A stretch of 29,927 nt of DNA from Planctomycetota bacterium. Its GTDB lineage: Bacteria; Planctomycetota; Phycisphaerae; Phycisphaerales; SM1A02. The translations under genes were made by a program, and so were the position numbers. The notes below the pieces were generated by a model. It saw only the letters and a list, made by a program, of their open reading frames with translations. It was not told where the DNA came from and searched no databases. Of this stretch, positions 24,825 through 29,927 are shown piece by piece; the first letter of the stretch is position 1; the number at the start of each line of letters is the position of its first letter. Location: the NCBI GenBank assembly GCA_027295435.1, contig JAPUKX010000072.1, positions 1 to 29,927 of the forward strand. Reading direction: 5' to 3'.

Positions 24825-26984
24825 CTACCCCCAGTTGGCCAGCAAGGCAAGCAGGTCGAGGATGCCGACGTTCTCGTCCCCATCGAGATCGGCGGGACAA
24901 GGAGCGGGCGGATCGGGACACGGACCCCACGCCGCCAGCAGCGCCAGCAGATCAAGGATGCCGACCGTGCCGTCGCCATCGAGGTCGCCGGGGATCGTCT
25001 GCCCGCATTCGATGACCGCGACCTGCAGATCGTCCATAGCGGCTTCCACAATGGAGCCGTCGCCTTCGTCGGACGCGATGAACCGCAAGCGCACCTGCGC
25101 GGTCGGCGCAACGAAGTCGGCGACGCTGAACTGATGGAAGATCCACCCGCCGGTCGTATCCGGGCCGCCCGGACCGACCGTTTCCACATTGGTCCAGGTT
25201 GATCCGTTGTTGTTGGAGATGTCCACGACGAAAACGTCGGCGTTGGGCGAAGCCCCGGTATCGTTTGAGTACCACCGCCAATAGCTGATCTCGGCATTGG
25301 GGGCGCCTAAAAGATCAATGACCGGCGAGGTCAGCGTGGTCTGGCCGCTATCGACATCGTTCGCACCGATCGGGCCGCCGGGCGACCCCTGGCCGGTGAC
25401 GAAGCACATCGTTGCGGGATCGGGGGTGTGGTCGTTGCCAGGCTGAGCAGGAGTGCCGTTGGGATCGACGCGCTCCCAGATGCCGGTCGTCGCGTCGTCA
25501 GCCGGGGCGCCGACGACCCAGCCGGTGTCGGCCTCAAAGTCGTCTTCCATAACGATCTTCAAGTCGAAGCCGGAGAGGGTTTCGAACGTCGTGCTGGGAG
25601 CATCGAGCGGGTCTTTGACGCTGATCCCGGAGGTGGTCTGCGCACTGAGGTAATAGGACACGTTCTGCCCGCAAGGGATGGACGGGAAGACCACGTCATA
25701 GAGGCTCTCCGATATCTGCGCCAGGGGCACGTCCACGAAGCCGGCCCCTGCGTCGTAATGCAGCAGAGGCGAATCGGGATCGAGGGCGCCGCCGTCCTGG
25801 CCGACGATTTCAACCGCAAACGAGTCGCCATCGGGGTTGATCAGATCGGGTCGACCTTGGGGATAGCTAAAGACCAACAGCTGAGGCCCAACGTCGATTA
25901 TGTAGAGGCCCGTGGACAGATCGGAAACCACCACCCGGTCGGGGCCCAAGAACGGATAGACGCCCCAGGCCCCGTTGAAGCCGATCGGCGGTCCCGCAAA
26001 GGTATCATAGCTGGCGACGAATTCGAGCAAACCGGTGGCGGGGTCGATGTCGAAGACCTGCAGCCCCGCCTGGTACCAGGCGTTGTACAGGCGATAGCCG
26101 TCAATCACCTGATTGTGAACGCTAAACGCCTGTTTGCCAGGAAGGGCAAGCGAGTCAGTCAGTTCTAGGGTCACGAAGGTGCCCTGGTCGGTGATGCGAT
26201 ACACTTTGATCCCCCCGCCTTCGCGCTCCTCTCCGGTGACGACATAATCGCCATTCGCGGTCGGCCAGCAGGAGTGAGTGTTGTTGCCGCCGTCGGGCGT
26301 ACTGCCGAGGAAGGTGGGCATCTGCGTGGCCACATTGGTGACGTCATAGATCCACAGCCCGCTGTCCCACGCACAGGCATAGAGCCGGCCGTCACGCACC
26401 ACCATGTCGTGCACGAACGAACTACCGACGTTTTCGAGAATCCATTTCGGCGTAGTGATGGGCCCGGGAGGCGGGTTATCCGGATCAAGCCCCGTCAGAT
26501 CAACGATACCCACTCGCGTTGTTCCGCTGTCGGCGAAGTACAGAAAACCCGCGTTGTAGAAGACGTTATGGATGGCGTTGAACCCGGAGATGCTGACATC
26601 GATCAGCGCAATGGGGTCAAGAGGATTGCGAACATCAACGATGTGGACAGCAGCTTCGTTATTGCTTCCCAACCCAATGAACAGAAGGTCATCGGCGACC
26701 TTGACGTCCTGGGCCGAAGCGGAGCCGTTGGGAGGAGGCAACAGGTATTCCACAGCCTGAGGGTTGGTTGGATCGCTGATATCGACGATGTGAACGCCAG
26801 CATGGCCGAAGTGTCCAATGTAGGCGTAGTTTCCGTCTCCCCACACGTCGCCATAGGAGCCGGCGAACCCGTTCCAATGCCCAACCAGCGTGGCATCGAT
26901 CGGATCGTCCTGGGCCGGAGCCTGACCGACAAACAGGATCAGACAAACCAGAGGCCACCGCCTCCATCGCCGAGCGTTATTCAC
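24825..26984 (-). CDS. Secreted choice-of-anchor B / LVIVD-repeat protein with Ig-like and jelly-roll domains and a dockerin-like tail
   Basis: GTG at 26984 with SD GGAGGG, then a signal-like peptide. YGDVWG, IVDISDP, FVHD, NTHSCW, SVHN, GAWGVYPF. Tail 24989-24828. The track start at 27110 adds 42 non-signal residues. Confidence 0.85.
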   Translation of the reverse strand: MNNARRWRRWPLVCLILFVGQAPAQDDPIDATLVGHWNGFAGSYGDVWGDGNYAYIGHFGHAGVHIVDISDPTNPQAVEYLLPPPNGSASAQDVKVADDLLFIGLGSNNEAAVHIVDVRNPLDPIALIDVSISGFNAIHNVFYNAGFLYFADSGTTRVGIVDLTGLDPDNPPPGPITTPKWILENVGSSFVHDMVVRDGRLYACAWDSGLWIYDVTNVATQMPTFLGSTPDGGNNTHSCWPTANGDYVVTGEEREGGGIKVYRITDQGTFVTLELTDSLALPGKQAFSVHNQVIDGYRLYNAWYQAGLQVFDIDPATGLLEFVASYDTFAGPPIGFNGAWGVYPFLGPDRVVVSDLSTGLYIIDVGPQLLVFSYPQGRPDLINPDGDSFAVEIVGQDGGALDPDSPLLHYDAGAGFVDVPLAQISESLYDVVFPSIPCGQNVSYYLSAQTTSGISVKDPLDAPSTTFETLSGFDLKIVMEDDFEADTGWVVGAPADDATTGIWERVDPNGTPAQPGNDHTPDPATMCFVTGQGSPGGPIGANDVDSGQTTLTSPVIDLLGAPNAEISYWRWYSNDTGASPNADVFVVDISNNNGSTWTNVETVGPGGPDTTGGWIFHQFSVADFVAPTAQVRLRFIASDEGDGSIVEAAMDDLQVAVIECGQTIPGDLDGDGTVGILDLLALLAAWGPCPDPPAPCPADLDGDENVGILDLLALLANWG

Positions 26985-27109
26985 TTTATTCCCTCCAGTG
27001 TCGTGGCAGGCATTCAGCACATCATCTCGCAAAGGCTGCGATGACTCAGGGACGTTAGAATTTTCATTATACCTCGTCTGGATGAAGAGATCGCTGTATA
27101 CGTCGAGCA

Positions 27110-27184
27110 TCAGCCCCAGTTGGCCAGTAGCGGCGCCAAATCGAACGCATCAACGCAGCCGTCCGGCAGGTTGGCCGGGCTGGT
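27110..27184 (-). pseudogene. Orphan dockerin-like tail fragment (TSPANLPDGCVDAFDLAPLLANWG*)
   Basis: Frame bounded by TAG at 27187-27185 and TGA at 27112-27110. It matches the tail of the upstream gene (SGAANVPDGCVDAFDLAKLLAEWC) and ends like the downstream gene (LLANWG*). Confidence 0.75.
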
Positions 27185-27338
27185 CTACTAGATTCCACGT
27201 GTCTCGACGACCACGTTTGGCCGCGGAGATCATCATCGCAACCATCTGACATCACAGTAGGTATTGACGCATCGAGGAACACAATTGGCAGCCGCAGCGC
27301 CTTCTTCAAGCGGCTGCGGCTCACGCGGCGCGATTAAA

Positions 27339-27424
27339 CGAGCCGCGCACGTCAGTAAGCGAACTCGGTGTGTCCGCTCCTCGCCACGGCGAGTCGGCTG
27401 CGGAGACCTCACGGTCGCGGCTCG
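27339..27424. repeat. REP-like inverted repeat with internal hairpin
   Basis: CGAGCCGCG (27339-27347) and CGCGGCTCG (27416-27424) form a 9-bp perfect inverted pair. An internal CTCGCC-AC-GGCGAG hairpin lies between them, and an AGCCGCAGC...GCTGCGGCT hairpin lies just before. Confidence 0.55.
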
Positions 27425-27455
27425 GAACGGTCGCTCCAGTTGCTTCGCAACCGCT

Positions 27456-29765
27456 CTAGAAGCAGGTGCCGCACGGATTGCCGCCGGCGACGGAGCACCA
27501 CTCGGCCAGCAGCTTCGCCAGGTCGAACGCATCGACACACCCATCCGGCACATTGGCCGCACCGGAGATATCTGCAACGGCGAGATTCGCCGGCGTGCAG
27601 TTCTCGCAAGGCGGGCTCGGCGGGTTCGGATCGTTGACGCCGGAGCACCACGCCCCGAGTATGGCCCCGAGGTCAAAGGCATCAACGCATCCATCAGGTG
27701 CACCACGCGGGCCGTTGATGTCGGCGGTGGCTGACGGCTCGCACACGACCTCGCTCACCGTGAAGTCGTCCACCGCGGCCTCGACCAAGGAGCCTGCGCC
27801 CTCATCGGACGCGATGAACCGCACGCGCACCTGCGCGGTGGGCAGAACAAAGTCCGTCACATTGAACGCGTGGAAGAACCATCCGCCAGAGGTCTGCGGA
27901 CCGCTGGGGCCGATGGTCTCGACGTTGGTCCAGGTTGATCCGTTGTCGTTGGAGATGTCAACGACGAAGACATCGGCGTTCGGATCGGCACCGGTGCTGT
28001 TGGAGTACCACCGCCAATAGCTAATCTGAGCATCGGGGATCGCGGAGAGGTCGATGGTCGGCGTCGTAAGCGTGGTTTGGCCGCCGTCCACGTCGTTGTC
28101 GCCCAGGCCGCAGCCGGGCGCGCACTGGCCGGTCACGAAGCACATCGTTCCGGGGACGGGGGTGTGGTCGTCTTCGGGTTGAGCAGCGGTGCCGACCGGA
28201 TCGACCCGCTCCCAAATGCCGGTGCTGGCGTCATCGCCGGGGGCACCGACCACCCACCCAGTGTCCGCCTCCAGGTCGTCTTGCGACTGCACAAGGATCT
28301 CGTTAGCGGAGAGAACGCTGAATGTCTCCCCGGGCGCGCCGGAGGGATCGGTGAACGTTGTGCCGCTGGTCGCTTGGGCGCTGACGTAGTAGGACACCTC
28401 GAGGCCGCACTCGATCGCCGGGAAGACCGCGTCGTATACATTCTCGGACACGAGCTGCATGGGGACGGTGACGAAGCCCTGGCCGATGTCGTAATGCAAC
28501 AGCGCCGTATTCGGCTCAACGGTCACCCCACAGCTCGCCGCAACTTCCACCAGGACCGCCGTGCCACCCTGTGGATCAATCAGCTCCGGCCGGCCCTGGG
28601 GGTAGGCGAAGGTCAGGGCGCCGGCACTCAGGGCGTCTGCGGGGTCCAGGATAAACAAGCCACGATTGATGTCGCTGACAATCACCGTTCCGCTGGGAAA
28701 GAACGGATATACGCCCCAGGCGCCGTCAAACCCGCTGCCGTCATTCTCCGGATACGTATCAAACCACCCAACCTGGACCGGGTTCACCGGATCATCGGCG
28801 CAGAAAATGCGCAGACCAGCGTGGTACTCGGCCTCGTAGATGAAACCGTCGCGGACGTACAGATTGTGATCGGTGGCTGACACGCCGGAGCTGTAGGTGT
28901 TCACGAGCAGTGGATTGGACAGGTCGGTCACGTCGAAGATGAGGGTCTCGTTGACGCCGTCGGTTTCGTCATCGAGGTACAGGTATTGCCTATCCTCGCT
29001 CAACCAGCACTGGTGGCAGTAGCTGAGGTTCGGATAGGTCGTGCGGGAGAGGCGGAACATGTTGGACTTGTTCGTGACATCGTAGATATCCAGGCCGGTA
29101 CCGCCATTGGCGCAGAAGGCGATCTGCTTCCCGGCGTAGGGGCCTGAGGTGTACGTGACGATCTGGGCGTCGTGGACATACGCGCCTTGCGAGCTGGAAA
29201 TCTGGCCGGCAAGCGTCGGATTGGCTGGATCGGACAGATCAAAGGCGACGAGACGGCCGCCGTTGATGTTGGCTCCACACAGGTAGAGGAATCCGCTGTC
29301 GCTGTCGATGGCGACGTCGTGACTTGTGGCAAGGCCGCCTTTAGTCACCTGCGCCACCAGTGTCACGTTGCCGTTGTCCACATCCGACAAATCGACGACG
29401 TCCATGCCGCCGCCGCATTCGTTGACCACATCGCAGTAGTCGCCATAGACCTTAACGTCCCCCCAGAGGCAGTTGGTATGCGCGACCTGCCCGACGATGA
29501 CCGGGCTGCTGGGAATGGTGATCTCGACGACGACGAGCGTGTTGGACAGGCCCATCAACGCGTATTCACGCCCCGAAGCTGAGACGTAACCCCAACAATC
29601 GTTGCCGTTGGCGGCGCCGCCGAGGGCACTCAGGTCGAGCCAGGCGTGCTGGGAGACGTTGTTCGAGGTGAACTGAGCGCCCGCTTGAGCGAGTCCGAGC
29701 CCGGCCGCCGCCAGCGATGCCACCACAAAACGGCCCATCACCGATCGTGACCTAAGGCTTCCCAT
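27456..29765 (-). CDS. Secreted choice-of-anchor B family protein with a Cys-rich variant dockerin-like tail
   Basis: Signal-like N-terminus, then NDCWGY...GREYALMG, WGDVKVY, SHDV, YVHD, YCHQCW, LDDE, TDHNLY, GAWGVYPF. Tail 27725-27459 contains PDGCVDAFDL twice. Confidence 0.88.
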   Translation of the reverse strand: MGSLRSRSVMGRFVVASLAAAGLGLAQAGAQFTSNNVSQHAWLDLSALGGAANGNDCWGYVSASGREYALMGLSNTLVVVEITIPSSPVIVGQVAHTNCLWGDVKVYGDYCDVVNECGGGMDVVDLSDVDNGNVTLVAQVTKGGLATSHDVAIDSDSGFLYLCGANINGGRLVAFDLSDPANPTLAGQISSSQGAYVHDAQIVTYTSGPYAGKQIAFCANGGTGLDIYDVTNKSNMFRLSRTTYPNLSYCHQCWLSEDRQYLYLDDETDGVNETLIFDVTDLSNPLLVNTYSSGVSATDHNLYVRDGFIYEAEYHAGLRIFCADDPVNPVQVGWFDTYPENDGSGFDGAWGVYPFFPSGTVIVSDINRGLFILDPADALSAGALTFAYPQGRPELIDPQGGTAVLVEVAASCGVTVEPNTALLHYDIGQGFVTVPMQLVSENVYDAVFPAIECGLEVSYYVSAQATSGTTFTDPSGAPGETFSVLSANEILVQSQDDLEADTGWVVGAPGDDASTGIWERVDPVGTAAQPEDDHTPVPGTMCFVTGQCAPGCGLGDNDVDGGQTTLTTPTIDLSAIPDAQISYWRWYSNSTGADPNADVFVVDISNDNGSTWTNVETIGPSGPQTSGGWFFHAFNVTDFVLPTAQVRVRFIASDEGAGSLVEAAVDDFTVSEVVCEPSATADINGPRGAPDGCVDAFDLGAILGAWCSGVNDPNPPSPPCENCTPANLAVADISGAANVPDGCVDAFDLAKLLAEWCSVAGGNPCGTCF

Positions 29766-29927
29766 AATCGGATCTCATCAAGAACTGCCCCGATCGCGCA
29801 GTATACACGCATAGACGGCAAACGCGAGCAAAATCCGTCGCAGAGTCCGGCTGCCGGCGCCGGCCCGGGCCATGAAGCCCCTTGCACCGTTTCGGCGATC
29901 CGCGAACATCCCGACGTCGTTCAGGTG

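Overview
High-GC window that looks like chromosomal DNA from a Planctomycetota member, probably Phycisphaerae. This is inferred from the dockerin-like C-terminal tags, choice-of-anchor B proteins, hpnC/hpnD and a fragmentary dcw cluster. Left edge (1-760): a broken tyrosine-recombinase C-terminus runs through an isolated 5' half of tRNA-Leu(CAA) into a short helical module, which looks like a junction between integrative elements. 957-5126: three secreted proteins with near-identical dockerin-like tails. 5.3-14.3 kb: hypothetical gene, queA-murE-murF-mraY, and a convergent rluD / membrane-anchored helical protein / APH-like kinase block. 14.4-17.9 kb: an intact ~1150-aa indolepyruvate:ferredoxin oxidoreductase-like ORF whose TPP and Fe-S motifs are eroded. 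18-24.5 kb: a two-repeat PepSY-like gene split by one in-frame TGA, then ispH, hpnC-hpnD, tRNA-Leu(GAG) and queE-DMT transporter-queD. 24.8-29.8 kb: two choice-of-anchor B paralogues with different tail types. Intergenic DNA carries two orphan tail fragments, seven short 7-10 bp tandem arrays at gene ends, REP-like hairpins and a possible small RNA. All calls come from reading motifs by eye; no searches were run.
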